Below, in pieces: positions 39,328-49,769 of a stretch of DNA of 64,000 nucleotides. This stretch comes from an uncultured Atribacterota bacterium (lineage in GTDB: Bacteria > Atribacterota > JALVIU01). The translations under genes and the position numbers were made by a program. Within the stretch, counting starts at the first letter, position 1, and each line of letters begins with the position of its first letter. Location: assembly GCA_964462295.1 (NCBI GenBank), contig CAYWXH010000003.1:9653-73652 (forward strand). Reading direction: 5' to 3'. The notes beneath the pieces were generated by a model. It did not search any database. It was given only the letters and a program-made list of their open reading frames with translations, and was not told where the DNA came from.

Positions 39328-40257
39328 ATGTATGTAATATGGGGAGAGCATTCAAAACTTTACTCCTTTGGCCCAAACCACCCCTTTAATGCCTCTCGTT
39401 ATACCCTTTTTGAAAAAGAGTTTAGTATCTTAAAGAAAGAATTACCCATTAAAATTTTACCTCCTAAATTAGCCTCATTTTCTGATATCTCTCTCTTTCA
39501 TACCCCTTCTTATGTAGAATTTGTAGAGAAACAATCTAAAATAGGAAAAGGGTATCTTGATTATGGTGATACACCGGCATTTAGGGGAGTATATGAGGCA
39601 GCATCTTATTTAGTAGGAAGTGCTATTTTAGGTATAGACCTTGTACTCTCTAACAAAGAACCGGTATTTCAAATTGCAGGAGGACTCCACCATGCAAAAA
39701 GAGATACTGCGGCGGGATTTTGTGTGTTCAATGACCCAGGAGTTGCCATTTCATATCTACTTGATAAAAAAGGAGTAGCTTCAGTTTTTTATATAGATAT
39801 AGATGCCCACCACGGTGATGGAGTAATGTATGGATTCTATGATGATAAAAGAGTAATTATATTAGATATACATGAAAATGGAAGATATCTCTATCCAGGC
39901 ACAGGTTTTGAATATGAAACCGGTGAAGGTGATGCAAAAGGGACTAAATTCAATATTCCTCTTTTACCCTCTGCAACAGATGAAGAGCTTATAAAGGCTA
40001 TTATGAGTGCAGAAGATATAGTAAAGCAGTTTTCCCCTGATTTTCTTTTGGTGCAGGCTGGTGTAGATGGTTTTTTAGGGGACCCTATTTCTCATCTTTC
40101 TTATACTTTAAGTGGGTACCAAGAAACAATTGAATTTATAAAATATTTGAGCAAACAATATTTTGATAATAAAGTGCTTATTTTTGGAGGGGGAGGGTAT
40201 AGTGCTAAAAATTTAAAAGATGCATGGATATCTGTAATAAAAGCTTTTACAAAATAA
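39328..40257 (+). CDS. Histone deacetylase-family (AcuC/AphA-like) deacetylase
   Basis: 309 aa. GGGLHHAKRD, DIDAHHGDG, and a glycine-rich GGGGY end motif. Confidence 0.75.
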   Translation: MYVIWGEHSKLYSFGPNHPFNASRYTLFEKEFSILKKELPIKILPPKLASFSDISLFHTPSYVEFVEKQSKIGKGYLDYGDTPAFRGVYEAASYLVGSAILGIDLVLSNKEPVFQIAGGLHHAKRDTAAGFCVFNDPGVAISYLLDKKGVASVFYIDIDAHHGDGVMYGFYDDKRVIILDIHENGRYLYPGTGFEYETGEGDAKGTKFNIPLLPSATDEELIKAIMSAEDIVKQFSPDFLLVQAGVDGFLGDPISHLSYTLSGYQETIEFIKYLSKQYFDNKVLIFGGGGYSAKNLKDAWISVIKAFTK

Positions 40258-40310
40258 TAATCTGTGTTATAATAAAAAAATAAATCTTTTTAAAAAGGTG
40301 AAGAGTTTCT

Positions 40311-41372
40311 ATGCCTGGACAAGAAAAGACTGAAAAACCTACGCCTCGGCGCAGGAGGGAAGCAAGGAAAAAGGGGCAAGTTGCAAAGAGTCAAGAGCTA
40401 AATAATGTAGTTATTATCTTGGCGGCAACCCTTTTTTTTCTCTTTTTGGGAACTGTCTTTTTTAAAGGTCTATTTCAAATAATGAAGGCTGTATTTTCAG
40501 GTCTTTATACGATAGATGTCTCTGCAAATAGTTTTTTTTCCTATTTTTCGAAGGGTGTAGGTGTCATTTTTAAGTTGATGATGCCTATGATCGTTATTTT
40601 AATGGTGGCAGGTATTTTAGTTGGGGTCAGCCAAACAGGCCTTATGTTTTCTTTTGAATCTATTTCCCCTAAATTTGATAGAATAAATCCTATAAAAGGT
40701 GCACAAAAGCTTTTTTCAAAAAGGGGAGTCATGGAGGTTGCAAAGGCCCTTTTTAAGGTAGGGGGTATAAGTTATATAATTTTTTCTAGTATACGACTTA
40801 ATGTTTCTATATTTTCCAATTATACCTATATGGATATAGGAGAGATAGTCTCTTCTTTTGTGAAAATTCTTTTTGGTACCATGTTTAAGATTATAGGATT
40901 TTTATTTATAATAGCTATACTAGACTATGCCTTTCAGAAATACGAATTTGAAAAAAGTATTATGATGACAAAACAAGAGGTAAAAGATGAATATAAACAG
41001 ACAGAAGGGGATCCTCAAGTAAAGTCTCGTATAAGAAGTATGCAAAGACAGATGGCAAGACAGAGGATGATGCAGGAGGTTCCTAAGGCAAAGGTTGTAA
41101 TTACAAACCCTGTTCACCTTGCCGTTGCCTTAAAGTATGAAAGCGGTATGAGGGCCCCTGAAGTTGTGGCAAAAGGTGCAAGACTTATTGCAGAGAAGAT
41201 AAAAGAGATAGCACGAGAAAATCATATACCGATAGTAGAGAACCCTCCCCTTGCGCGAGAACTTTATGAAAAAGTGGAGATCGGAGAAGAGATACCAAAG
41301 GAATTGTATAGGGCTGTAGCTGAAGTGTTGGCATATATATACAAAATGGAAAATGCTCGGGTAAGAATATGA
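40311..41372 (+). CDS. flhB: Flagellar biosynthesis protein FlhB (type III export gate, substrate-specificity switch)
   Basis: 353 aa. N-terminal basic region. Four TM helices. Autocleavage-region NPVH motif. C-terminal domain. Confidence 0.85.
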   Translation: MPGQEKTEKPTPRRRREARKKGQVAKSQELNNVVIILAATLFFLFLGTVFFKGLFQIMKAVFSGLYTIDVSANSFFSYFSKGVGVIFKLMMPMIVILMVAGILVGVSQTGLMFSFESISPKFDRINPIKGAQKLFSKRGVMEVAKALFKVGGISYIIFSSIRLNVSIFSNYTYMDIGEIVSSFVKILFGTMFKIIGFLFIIAILDYAFQKYEFEKSIMMTKQEVKDEYKQTEGDPQVKSRIRSMQRQMARQRMMQEVPKAKVVITNPVHLAVALKYESGMRAPEVVAKGARLIAEKIKEIARENHIPIVENPPLARELYEKVEIGEEIPKELYRAVAEVLAYIYKMENARVRI

Positions 41373-41373
41373 T

Positions 41374-43443
41374 ATGAATACTCTTGTAGAACGCATCATA
41401 AATCAAAAAGACCTTTTGATAGCTGTTGGAGTGGTGGGGATTTTGGGTATGATAATCATACCACTTCCTCCGCCTATACTTGATCTTTTTTTCGCCACAA
41501 ATATTTCACTATCTGTAGTGATACTCCTTTTGACTATGTACATAAAAAAACCCTTAGATCTTTCTGTGTTTCCGTCTTTGCTTTTGATTACAACACTTTT
41601 TAGGTTAGCGCTTAATATATCCTCTACAAGATCTATTCTCTTACACGCATATGCAGGAAAGATCATAGATACATTTGGGAAATTCGTAGTAGGAGGAAAT
41701 TATGTAGTAGGTATGGTTGTTTTTCTGATCATTGTTGTTATTCAGTTTGTGGTTATTACAAATGGTGCCCAAAGGGTGGCAGAGGTTGCAGCAAGGTTTA
41801 CCCTTGATGCAATGCCTGGAAAGCAGATGAGTATAGATGCTGACTTAAATGCAGGCCTCATAGATGAAGCAGAGGCAAGGAGAAGGAGAGAAGAGATTAC
41901 AAAAGAGGCCAATTTTTATGGGGCAATGGATGGTGCAAGTAAATTTGTAAGAGGAGATGCCATAGCAGGAATTATTATTACATTTATAAATATAATGGCA
42001 GGGGTAATTATAGGGGTAATGCAACTTGGGATGGCTGCGGATGAGGCACTGAAAAGATACGCACTTTTGACAGTGGGTGATGGCCTTGTTGCACAAATTC
42101 CTGCACTTATCATATCTACAGCTACAGGTATCTTGGTTACTCGAGCATCTGCAGAATCTAATCTGGGGATAGATTTAAGTAACCAGTTTACTTCAAATCC
42201 AAGGATTTTAGCACTTTTGTCCTTTATCTTATTTGGATTAGCTTTAGTTCCTGGTCTTCCGAAGTTTCCATTTTTCTTTCTCTCTGCACTTTCAGGATTT
42301 ACCTCATATGCCCTCCAGAGAGAAGAGTTGGTAAAGGAGGAAGAGGAGGCAAAGAGAGAATTAGAAGAGGAGGAACAGGCAAAACCCCCACCTCAAGAAG
42401 AAGAGACAGTAGAATCATTTCTTCAAGTTGACCCTATGGAACTTGAGATAGGATACTCCCTTATTCCTATAGTAGATCCAGAGCAAGGTGGAGACCTTTT
42501 AAATAGAATTACTATGGTTCGAAAACAGATAGCTATGGACCTTGGAATAATAGTTCCACCTATAAGGATAAGGGATAATGTACAGTTAAAACCTAATACT
42601 TATCAGATAAAAATTCGAGGAGTAAAGGTGGCAGAGGGTGAAGTTATGCCTGGGTACTATCTTGCTATGAATCCCGGTACTGCAGAGAAAAAGATAACTG
42701 GAATAGAGACAAAAGAGCCTGCCTTTGGGCTCCCTGCCTTGTGGATAAAAGAGGAAGATAGAGAGGAAGCGGAGCTTGCAGGATATACTGTGGTAGACCC
42801 TACATCTGTAATCTCTACCCACCTTACAGAGGTGATAAAGAGATATGCACATGAACTTTTGACAAGGGAAGATGTAAAACGTCTTATAGATAATGTAAAG
42901 AAAAATTACCCTGCTGTAGTAGATGAGCTTATCCCTGATGTTATGACTATAGGAGAGGTACAAAAAGTATTGAAGAACTTGCTCAGAGAACAGGTCTCTA
43001 TTAGAGATATGGTAACGATTCTTGAGACATTAGGAGATTATGCTCCACAAGTGAAAGATATAGATTTACTTACAGAATATGTAAGAGTGGCACTAAGTAG
43101 ATCTATAGTGTCAAGGTATCTTGATGAAAATGGTGAGCTTTGGATTATTACATTAGACCCTGAATTAGAAAAAAAGATTGCAGATTCGATACAAAGGACA
43201 GAAGAGGGAAGCTATCTTGCACTCGAGCCTCGATTTGCCCAGAAGTTTCTTCAATCTCTTTCTAAGGAGATGGAGAGGGCAAGTTCTACAGGACACCAGC
43301 CTGTCCTTGTATGTGCTCCAAACCTAAGGAGATATATAAAATTATTTACAGAAAGGGTATTGCCAAATTTAGTAGTTTTATCGTATAATGAAATAAGTAC
43401 TGATATAAATCTTAAAACCGTAGGTATGGTGAGGGTAAGTTGA
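41374..43443 (+). CDS. flhA: Flagellar biosynthesis protein FlhA
   Basis: 689 aa. Conserved FHIPx-like TM region. Acidic linker. C-terminal cytoplasmic domain. Confidence 0.9.
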   Translation: MNTLVERIINQKDLLIAVGVVGILGMIIIPLPPPILDLFFATNISLSVVILLLTMYIKKPLDLSVFPSLLLITTLFRLALNISSTRSILLHAYAGKIIDTFGKFVVGGNYVVGMVVFLIIVVIQFVVITNGAQRVAEVAARFTLDAMPGKQMSIDADLNAGLIDEAEARRRREEITKEANFYGAMDGASKFVRGDAIAGIIITFINIMAGVIIGVMQLGMAADEALKRYALLTVGDGLVAQIPALIISTATGILVTRASAESNLGIDLSNQFTSNPRILALLSFILFGLALVPGLPKFPFFFLSALSGFTSYALQREELVKEEEEAKRELEEEEQAKPPPQEEETVESFLQVDPMELEIGYSLIPIVDPEQGGDLLNRITMVRKQIAMDLGIIVPPIRIRDNVQLKPNTYQIKIRGVKVAEGEVMPGYYLAMNPGTAEKKITGIETKEPAFGLPALWIKEEDREEAELAGYTVVDPTSVISTHLTEVIKRYAHELLTREDVKRLIDNVKKNYPAVVDELIPDVMTIGEVQKVLKNLLREQVSIRDMVTILETLGDYAPQVKDIDLLTEYVRVALSRSIVSRYLDENGELWIITLDPELEKKIADSIQRTEEGSYLALEPRFAQKFLQSLSKEMERASSTGHQPVLVCAPNLRRYIKLFTERVLPNLVVLSYNEISTDINLKTVGMVRVS

Positions 43444-44534
43444 AAATCAAAACTTATAGGGCAACAAATATGCAAAAAGGGCTTATGATGGTAAAAGATG
43501 AGATGGGTCCACAAGCGGTAATTCTTGAAACCCGCAATGTTAAGGTAGGTGGTTTTTTTGGCCTTTTTGCAAAAAAAATGGTAGAGATAGTTGCAGCAAG
43601 TGATTATCCCGAAGATGTAGAAGATAAAATATATAAAGAAAATACACAGGATAATATAGTACAACCTCCCATTCCTCTTTTTAAATACCATACACCTGTT
43701 TTTAAAAGTAAAAAGTTACAGAATCTTTATGAAGTTTTGGTAAAAAATGAATTGGATGAAGCATTTTCTGCAAATTTGGTAGGAGAGATAGAAAGAGAAC
43801 TATCTGGCGATTTGCTAGATGATGATAATGCCTTAATGGAAAAAGTCACAGAGAAACTAGAAGGACTATTTCTATTTTCTGGACCTATAGATATAGATAA
43901 ACCTAATAAAGTTATATTTTTTGTAGGCCCTACAGGGGTAGGTAAAACTACTACAATTGCAAAGATAGCAGCTTTTTTTACGCTTAATATGAAGAAAAAG
44001 GTTGTACTTGTAAGTATAGATACCTTTAGGATAGCAGCAGTAGAGCAGTTAAGAACTTATGCTGAAATCCTTGGGGTACCTTTTAATGTAGTTTTTACCC
44101 CTTTGGAGCTTGAAAGAATAGTAAAGGCTTATAATGATGCAGATCTTATTTTGGTTGATACAGCAGGGAGAAGTCCTAAAAATGAATTGAGAATGTCAGA
44201 ACTTAAGGGATTCGTGACAAAGATTTTTCCTAAAGAGGTGTATCTGGTTTTAAGCATAGGGACAAGATATACAGACCTAAAAGAGGCTGTAGAGAGATTT
44301 ATTCCATTAAATATAGATAAGTTTATATTTACTAAACTTGATGAGTCTAGTCTTTTTCTGGGTAATATGTTTAAATTAATGAAAGAATATCATTTGCCCA
44401 TTTCCTATATCACCTTTGGTCAAAATGTTCCTGATGATATAGATGTGGCAACAATGAATAATATCCTGGAAAGGTGTATGTATGATGAATATCGTTGGGG
44501 ACCAGGCAGCGAAATTAAGGCAAATAGTAATTGA
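43440..44534 (+). CDS. flhF: Flagellar biosynthesis GTPase FlhF (SRP-type GTPase)
   Basis: 364 aa. NG domain FVGPTGVGKTTTIAKIAA, DTAGR. ATGA overlap with flhA. Confidence 0.8.
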   Translation: MKIKTYRATNMQKGLMMVKDEMGPQAVILETRNVKVGGFFGLFAKKMVEIVAASDYPEDVEDKIYKENTQDNIVQPPIPLFKYHTPVFKSKKLQNLYEVLVKNELDEAFSANLVGEIERELSGDLLDDDNALMEKVTEKLEGLFLFSGPIDIDKPNKVIFFVGPTGVGKTTTIAKIAAFFTLNMKKKVVLVSIDTFRIAAVEQLRTYAEILGVPFNVVFTPLELERIVKAYNDADLILVDTAGRSPKNELRMSELKGFVTKIFPKEVYLVLSIGTRYTDLKEAVERFIPLNIDKFIFTKLDESSLFLGNMFKLMKEYHLPISYITFGQNVPDDIDVATMNNILERCMYDEYRWGPGSEIKANSN

Positions 44535-45384
44535 GAGCGGCGAAATACCAGAGGATGTTAAGACTCAACGCCTAAGAAGTATAGCTATTACATCTGGCAA
44601 AGGCGGTGTAGGCAAGACAAATATTGCAACTAATCTTGCAATAGCCCTTGCTGAGAAAACAAATAAAAAAATATATATACTGGATGCTGACCTGGGACTT
44701 GCCAATATTGATGTGATATTAGGGATAACCCCTAAGTACAATCTTGCACATGTAATAAGAGGAGAAAAAGAGTTAGAAGAGATTCTTGTTAAAGGGCCCA
44801 TGGGTGTAAACATAATCCCAGGCACATCTGGAGTCTCTGAACTTGCAAATCTTTCTAAAGAAGAGAGGGAAAGATTTTTAGAGAAACTCTCCTCTTTAGA
44901 AAATGAAGATGGTATACTTATAATAGATACAGGGGCTGGTATAGATGATAATGTATTGGATTTTGTTCTTTCCTCTGATGAGGTTATAGTTGTGACTACG
45001 CCTGAACCTACAGCGATAACTGATGCATATGCCCTTATAAAGATTATAGCCTCATCAAAAAATGATGTGAATATAAATCTTTTGGTAAATATGATAAGAA
45101 AAGAAGAAGAATTTGAATTGGTAACACGGGGGATACTGCTTGTTGCAAAACAGTTTTTAGGAGTAGATGTTAAGAAATTGGGTTATGTATACTATGATAG
45201 CATAGTTTCAAAATCTGTTCTTTCTCAAGATGCTTTTTATATACTCTATCCTGATAGTATTGCTACAAAATGTATAAATAATATTGCACTTTTTCTTCTT
45301 AACAAAAATGATGAGGTAAAAGATGTGAAAAGACCCACTTTCTTTAGAAGACTTTTAAATTCTATAAAGGAAAAGGTTGGTTAA
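44482..45384 (+). CDS. flhG: Flagellar number regulator FlhG (MinD-like ATPase, YlxH/FleN)
   Basis: 300 aa. N-terminal activator motif DQAAKLR. Deviant Walker A SGKGGVGKT. 53-nt overlap with flhF. Confidence 0.8.
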   Translation: MMNIVGDQAAKLRQIVIESGEIPEDVKTQRLRSIAITSGKGGVGKTNIATNLAIALAEKTNKKIYILDADLGLANIDVILGITPKYNLAHVIRGEKELEEILVKGPMGVNIIPGTSGVSELANLSKEERERFLEKLSSLENEDGILIIDTGAGIDDNVLDFVLSSDEVIVVTTPEPTAITDAYALIKIIASSKNDVNINLLVNMIRKEEEFELVTRGILLVAKQFLGVDVKKLGYVYYDSIVSKSVLSQDAFYILYPDSIATKCINNIALFLLNKNDEVKDVKRPTFFRRLLNSIKEKVG

Positions 45385-45387
45385 AAT

Positions 45388-46155
45388 ATGCCCAAACTAG
45401 AGAGTATCTTATCAATTAATGATAATGTATACCTTGAAGTATTAGATGGACCTGTAGGTGGAAAGAATTTTGTTACAAGGGTAGAGGATATTACAAAAGA
45501 TAGTATCGTTTTAGCCGCTCCTTTTGATAGAGAAAGAAAGGTGTATGTGTATCTAAGAAATGGAACAAGGGTAAGAGTTTCTTTTCCTAAAAAAGATGCT
45601 ATATATCAATTTAATGCAAAGATATCAGATTCACGTACGGGAAGGCTTCCATTTGTAGTTATATCAAAACCTAAAGAGATTCTTAGATTTCAGAGAAGGG
45701 AATTTGTAAGACTTGATGATATTATTCGGGTTTCATATAAGATAGCTGTATCAGAAGATATGAAGGTAAAGTACAAATTGGTTGATCGTAAGGAACTTAA
45801 TGATATAGAACTTGGAAGTAAGGAGGATAGATTTTTAAATGGATTTACAAAAAATATAAGTGGGAATGGAATGCTTCTTGTTATAAAAAAAGACATAGCA
45901 AAAATTGGTAATCTCCTTGAAATCTCTTTTACTTTACCAGGAAGGGAAAAGAGATTTAATGTAGTGGGAGAGATAGTTAGGATTGCCGATGAGATAAGGG
46001 TAGACTATCCTGATGAAATAGGTGTAGGGGTAAGATTTGTAAAGATTAATGAAAAAGATAGAACAGAAATAATTAGGTATATTTTTGATAAACAAAGAGA
46101 GATGATAAAGAAAGGTCTGGTGAATCAACGAAGAAAAGGGGGTATAGTAGCATGA
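45388..46155 (+). CDS. PilZ-domain protein, YcgR/MotI-like flagellar brake candidate (c-di-GMP receptor)
   Basis: 255 aa. PilZ motifs QRREFVR and NISGNGM. Located within the flagellar operon. Confidence 0.65.
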   Translation: MPKLESILSINDNVYLEVLDGPVGGKNFVTRVEDITKDSIVLAAPFDRERKVYVYLRNGTRVRVSFPKKDAIYQFNAKISDSRTGRLPFVVISKPKEILRFQRREFVRLDDIIRVSYKIAVSEDMKVKYKLVDRKELNDIELGSKEDRFLNGFTKNISGNGMLLVIKKDIAKIGNLLEISFTLPGREKRFNVVGEIVRIADEIRVDYPDEIGVGVRFVKINEKDRTEIIRYIFDKQREMIKKGLVNQRRKGGIVA

Positions 46156-46772
46156 TAAAATTTGAGGATCTAAAGGATTTCCATCTCGATGTTCTAAAGG
46201 AACTTTCTAACATTGGAATGGGGAATGCCGCCACCTCTCTTTCTCAAATGATAGGACAGAAAGTGGATATAAGAGTTCCTAGGGTTTCCGTATTGCCCTT
46301 TAATGAGATATATACGGTTTTAGGTGAGAGAGAGGCGCTGGTAGGTGGAATTTTTTTTGAAATTGAAGGAGATTTAAATGGAGAAATATTGTTTCTCTTT
46401 CCTACAAAGAGTATTAAACTACTTTTGAGGCTTTTTACAGGGATGGAGGAGGATTTTCCTCCTATATCTGAAATGGCCCAGTCTATGTTACAAGAGGTAG
46501 GGAATATTCTATGTGGGTCTTTTCTAAATGCACTTTCAGAATTTACATCCTTTAAGATCTATCCTACAACACCTGCTTTTGGTATGGACATGGCCGAGTC
46601 CTTGTTAAGTTCTATATTAGTTGCTATAGGGGAGATAGAGGATTATGCACTTATCATAGAGACAGAATTTATCATTGGAGAAGAAGATTTTAATGCCTTT
46701 TTCTTTTTCCTACCAACTCCAGGGTCACTTTCAAAGATATTAAAAGCTGTAGGGGTGGATACAGGTGAGTAA
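46152..46772 (+). CDS. cheC: Chemotaxis protein CheC (CheY-P phosphatase)
   Basis: 206 aa. Two CheC repeats, ELSNIGMGNAATSL and QEVGNILCGSFLNAL. Confidence 0.75.
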   Translation: MIKFEDLKDFHLDVLKELSNIGMGNAATSLSQMIGQKVDIRVPRVSVLPFNEIYTVLGEREALVGGIFFEIEGDLNGEILFLFPTKSIKLLLRLFTGMEEDFPPISEMAQSMLQEVGNILCGSFLNALSEFTSFKIYPTTPAFGMDMAESLLSSILVAIGEIEDYALIIETEFIIGEEDFNAFFFFLPTPGSLSKILKAVGVDTGE

Positions 46773-47259
46773 GATAATAAAGGTTGGAATGGCCGATATG
46801 GCCGTAAGTAATGATAGCTCTGCTATGCTTATTACATATGCATTAGGCTCTTGTGTAGGTGTAAGTCTCTATGACCCTGATAAGAAGGTAGGAGGCCTTA
46901 TCCATGTTATGTTGCCATCAAGTGATAAATTTAAAGCTGATCCTCGTTCTCCCAAGTTTGCAGATACCGGTATCCCTGCCATTGTAGAGGATATAGTAAA
47001 GATTGGAGGGAGAAAGAATAAATTGGTAGCAAAGATTGCAGGAGGTGCGCAGATGTTTGCATCTTCTGCAAAATCTAAAAGTAGTGTATTAAATATAGGT
47101 AGTAGAAATGTAGAAGCAGTAAAGGAAAATCTAAAAAAGCTAAATATTCCTATAGTTGCAGAAGATACAGGTGCAAATTATGCACGAACTATGGAGTTTT
47201 ATTTAGAAGATGGAAAAGTCCTTATTAAGACTATAGGAAAAGGAGAGAAGGTCCTTTGA
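46765..47259 (+). CDS. cheD: Chemoreceptor glutamine deamidase CheD
   Basis: 164 aa. GMADMAVS.. and ALGSCVGV (catalytic Cys). Confidence 0.8.
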   Translation: MSKIIKVGMADMAVSNDSSAMLITYALGSCVGVSLYDPDKKVGGLIHVMLPSSDKFKADPRSPKFADTGIPAIVEDIVKIGGRKNKLVAKIAGGAQMFASSAKSKSSVLNIGSRNVEAVKENLKKLNIPIVAEDTGANYARTMEFYLEDGKVLIKTIGKGEKVL

Positions 47260-47990
47260 GGCCTAATGATTTATCAGAAGAGCAATTATGGAAACTTTAT
47301 AAAAATACCGATGATAAAAGTATAGAAAAGAGACTAATAGAAAGATATTTACCAATTGTAAAATCGGTGGTAAATCAGGTATACCCCCTTTTATATGGAA
47401 ATGTTGATAAAGAAGACCTTGAAAGTTATGGTATCTTTGGTCTGATAGATGCAGTAAGAAAGTTCGACCTTAAAAAGAATGTAAGGTTTGAAAACTATGC
47501 TCGTATAAGAATTAGAGGGGCTATATTTGACAATATTCGTACACTTAGTTGGTTTCCTCGTTCCTTTATGGATAAAGTCAAGAGGATAGAAGGACTTTAT
47601 CAAAAAAAAGAACAGGAACTCGGTAGAATCCCTACCGATGAAGAAATGGCCGAGGAATTAGGGGTAAGTGTAGATAAATTTCGAAAAATGCTTGCAGAGG
47701 TAAGAGGGATAGGCCTTGTTTCTCTAGAGGAGAGAGAATGGGAGGCAAAGGATTTAAAATATGATCCACTGACTATTTCATTAGATGAAAGCCTAAGAGA
47801 TGTACTTAAAGAGACAATAGATAATTTACCTGAAAGGGAAAGATATATAATTAGTTTGTACTACTATGAGGGTTTGAGTTTTAAAGAAATTGCAAAAGTA
47901 TTGGGATTATCTGAATCAAGAATTTCTCAAATCCATACTAAAACCTTACTTTTATTAAGATCAAGGTTAAATGAGGCTTTGGGGGGATAA
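47256..47990 (+). CDS. fliA: Flagellar sigma factor FliA (sigma-28 / SigD type)
   Basis: 244 aa. Regions 2-4. Region 4.2 SESRISQIH is typical of FliA. Confidence 0.85.
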   Translation: MRPNDLSEEQLWKLYKNTDDKSIEKRLIERYLPIVKSVVNQVYPLLYGNVDKEDLESYGIFGLIDAVRKFDLKKNVRFENYARIRIRGAIFDNIRTLSWFPRSFMDKVKRIEGLYQKKEQELGRIPTDEEMAEELGVSVDKFRKMLAEVRGIGLVSLEEREWEAKDLKYDPLTISLDESLRDVLKETIDNLPERERYIISLYYYEGLSFKEIAKVLGLSESRISQIHTKTLLLLRSRLNEALGG

Positions 47991-47993
47991 GAG

Positions 47994-49394
47994 GTGAAGA
48001 TAAAGCTTGAGTTCTCCAAAAACAATATGGAGGCCTATGTAGAGATAGTTTCAGAAGAGGACGGTGTGTTAGAGAAGGAGTATTTAGAAAAAAAGGTCAT
48101 CCTTGATTTTCTTAGAGACCAAGGGCTAAGTTACGGTATAAAAGAGAATTTACCCGATGTTTTTAAAATAGGACAAAGATACCTTGTTGCAGTGGGTAAA
48201 CCCCCTACCCCTGGAAAAGATGCTATTATAGAGTTATTACATAATACCGATAGGGAGATTAAACCTAAGATTTTAGAAGATGGCAGGGTAGATTATAGGG
48301 AACTCGATACGACAGTGATTGTAAAAAAAGGGGAGGTTATTTTAAAGCGTAAGCCTCCTACAGAGGGCTCTCCTGGTATAAGTGTAAAAGGGGAAATTGT
48401 ACCATCAAGGCCTGGAAGAGAAGTTCCTTTACCGATAGGATTAAATGTTGAGATATCTAAAGATGATCCAAATATACTTGTATCGAAGATAGATGGGCAA
48501 CTTATCGAGGAAGATGAGAAAATTAGTGTATTTCCAGTCTATGAGGTAAAAGGCAATCTTGATTTTTCTGTGGGTAATGTTAGTTTTCCTGGAAATGTTA
48601 TAATAAGGAGAAATGTTAAACCTGGATTTAAAATAGAGGCCAAAGGAAAGGTGGAGGTATATGAATCTGCTGAAGAATGTGATATAATATCAGAAGGAGA
48701 TATAATAATAAGAAAATCTTTTATAGGTAAAAATAGATCTTTACTTAAAAGTGATGGTAGTATTACTGTAGGTTTTATAGATGGGGCAAAGGCATTTGCA
48801 AAAAAAGATATAATTTCTCATTCTGCTATTATGCATAGTAATATATCTGCAGGAGAGAGTGTTATTGTGGAGGGAAAGGGTATTATTACAGGGGGAGAAA
48901 TTCAAGCAGAGAAGGGTATAGTGGCAAGAATTGTGGGCTCAAAATTTGGTACACATACAGTTTTAAAGATTAAAAAACCTGTAGATACTACTAATAAAAT
49001 AAAAAATTTAAGAGAGAGTTTAAAAGAAAAGAGTAAACTTATACAAAGCTTAGATGTAAAAATAAAGGTATTTGGACAGGATTTTACCTTTGAGAAATTA
49101 AAAAAGTCCTTTTTAAGAAAAGAACTAAAAATGTCTCCTCCACAGGAGGTATTAGTAAAGAAGCTATTAGCAACATATGATACCTTGATGAAAGAAGTAG
49201 AAACTATTCAGAAAGAGATATTATCTTTAGATAATTTAATTCAAAAATTTAAAAATTCTGTTATAATAATAAAAGATACTGTGTTTCCTGGTGTTATTAT
49301 TATGTTTGATGAAAATTTCTATAAAGTTAGAGATGCATTGCGGGGTGTGAAATTTTACCTTGAGGGTAATGAGATAAAGATTTCAGATGCATAG
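47994..49394 (+). CDS. FapA-like (DUF342) flagellar-associated protein
   Basis: 466 aa. Central beta-helix-like degenerate repeats rich in G/V/I (GNVSFPGNVIIRRNV..GKVEVYESAE..GDIIIRKSF..). C-terminal coiled coil. Position directly after fliA. Confidence 0.5.
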   Translation: MKIKLEFSKNNMEAYVEIVSEEDGVLEKEYLEKKVILDFLRDQGLSYGIKENLPDVFKIGQRYLVAVGKPPTPGKDAIIELLHNTDREIKPKILEDGRVDYRELDTTVIVKKGEVILKRKPPTEGSPGISVKGEIVPSRPGREVPLPIGLNVEISKDDPNILVSKIDGQLIEEDEKISVFPVYEVKGNLDFSVGNVSFPGNVIIRRNVKPGFKIEAKGKVEVYESAEECDIISEGDIIIRKSFIGKNRSLLKSDGSITVGFIDGAKAFAKKDIISHSAIMHSNISAGESVIVEGKGIITGGEIQAEKGIVARIVGSKFGTHTVLKIKKPVDTTNKIKNLRESLKEKSKLIQSLDVKIKVFGQDFTFEKLKKSFLRKELKMSPPQEVLVKKLLATYDTLMKEVETIQKEILSLDNLIQKFKNSVIIIKDTVFPGVIIMFDENFYKVRDALRGVKFYLEGNEIKISDA

Positions 49395-49408
49395 GGAGGG
49401 TGGGACAG

Positions 49409-49744
49409 GTGGCACTTAGACCTATAGATTTACAAAATATTATAAATGCCTCTGTAGAGGTGGCAAAGGTGGCCCAGACAAGAAATGATACACCTAACTT
49501 ACAACAAGGTCAGTTCGCCATTCAACTTCAAAGAGAGGCAGATAGAAAAAAAGAGCAAATTCAAAAGGGAGAAGGAAATGATGCCCAGGAGACAAAAATA
49601 AAAGATGAACACCAGAGAAGAAGGGGCTCAGAAAGAGAACCCCAAAAAAGGAAAAGAGAACCATTAGTAAAAGAAGAAAAAGAAAAAACCAAAAAAGTTC
49701 TTCTTGTAAAGAAAGAAGTTAAACATATTGATATAAAAATATAA
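49409..49744 (+). CDS. Small, highly charged K/E/R-rich hypothetical protein
   Basis: ORF-track ORF 49400..49744 (GTG start). GTG 49409 with SD GGGAGGG at 8-nt spacing preferred. No recognisable domain. Confidence 0.3.
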   Translation: MALRPIDLQNIINASVEVAKVAQTRNDTPNLQQGQFAIQLQREADRKKEQIQKGEGNDAQETKIKDEHQRRRGSEREPQKRKREPLVKEEKEKTKKVLLVKKEVKHIDIKI

Positions 49745-49769
49745 TAATGAAAAAAGGAGTTTGGAGGGA

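Noticed and set aside
46779-46797. Sigma-28-like -10 element GCCGATAT preceded by TAAAG
   Set aside because: The spacing to TAAA is about 10 nt instead of about 15, and the motif lies inside the cheD coding sequence (MADMAVS), so it is probably coincidental.
49402-49420. TGGCAC sequence resembling a sigma-54 -24 element
   Set aside because: There is no TTGC -12 element at the correct spacing. The sequence is the start of the small K/E-rich ORF.
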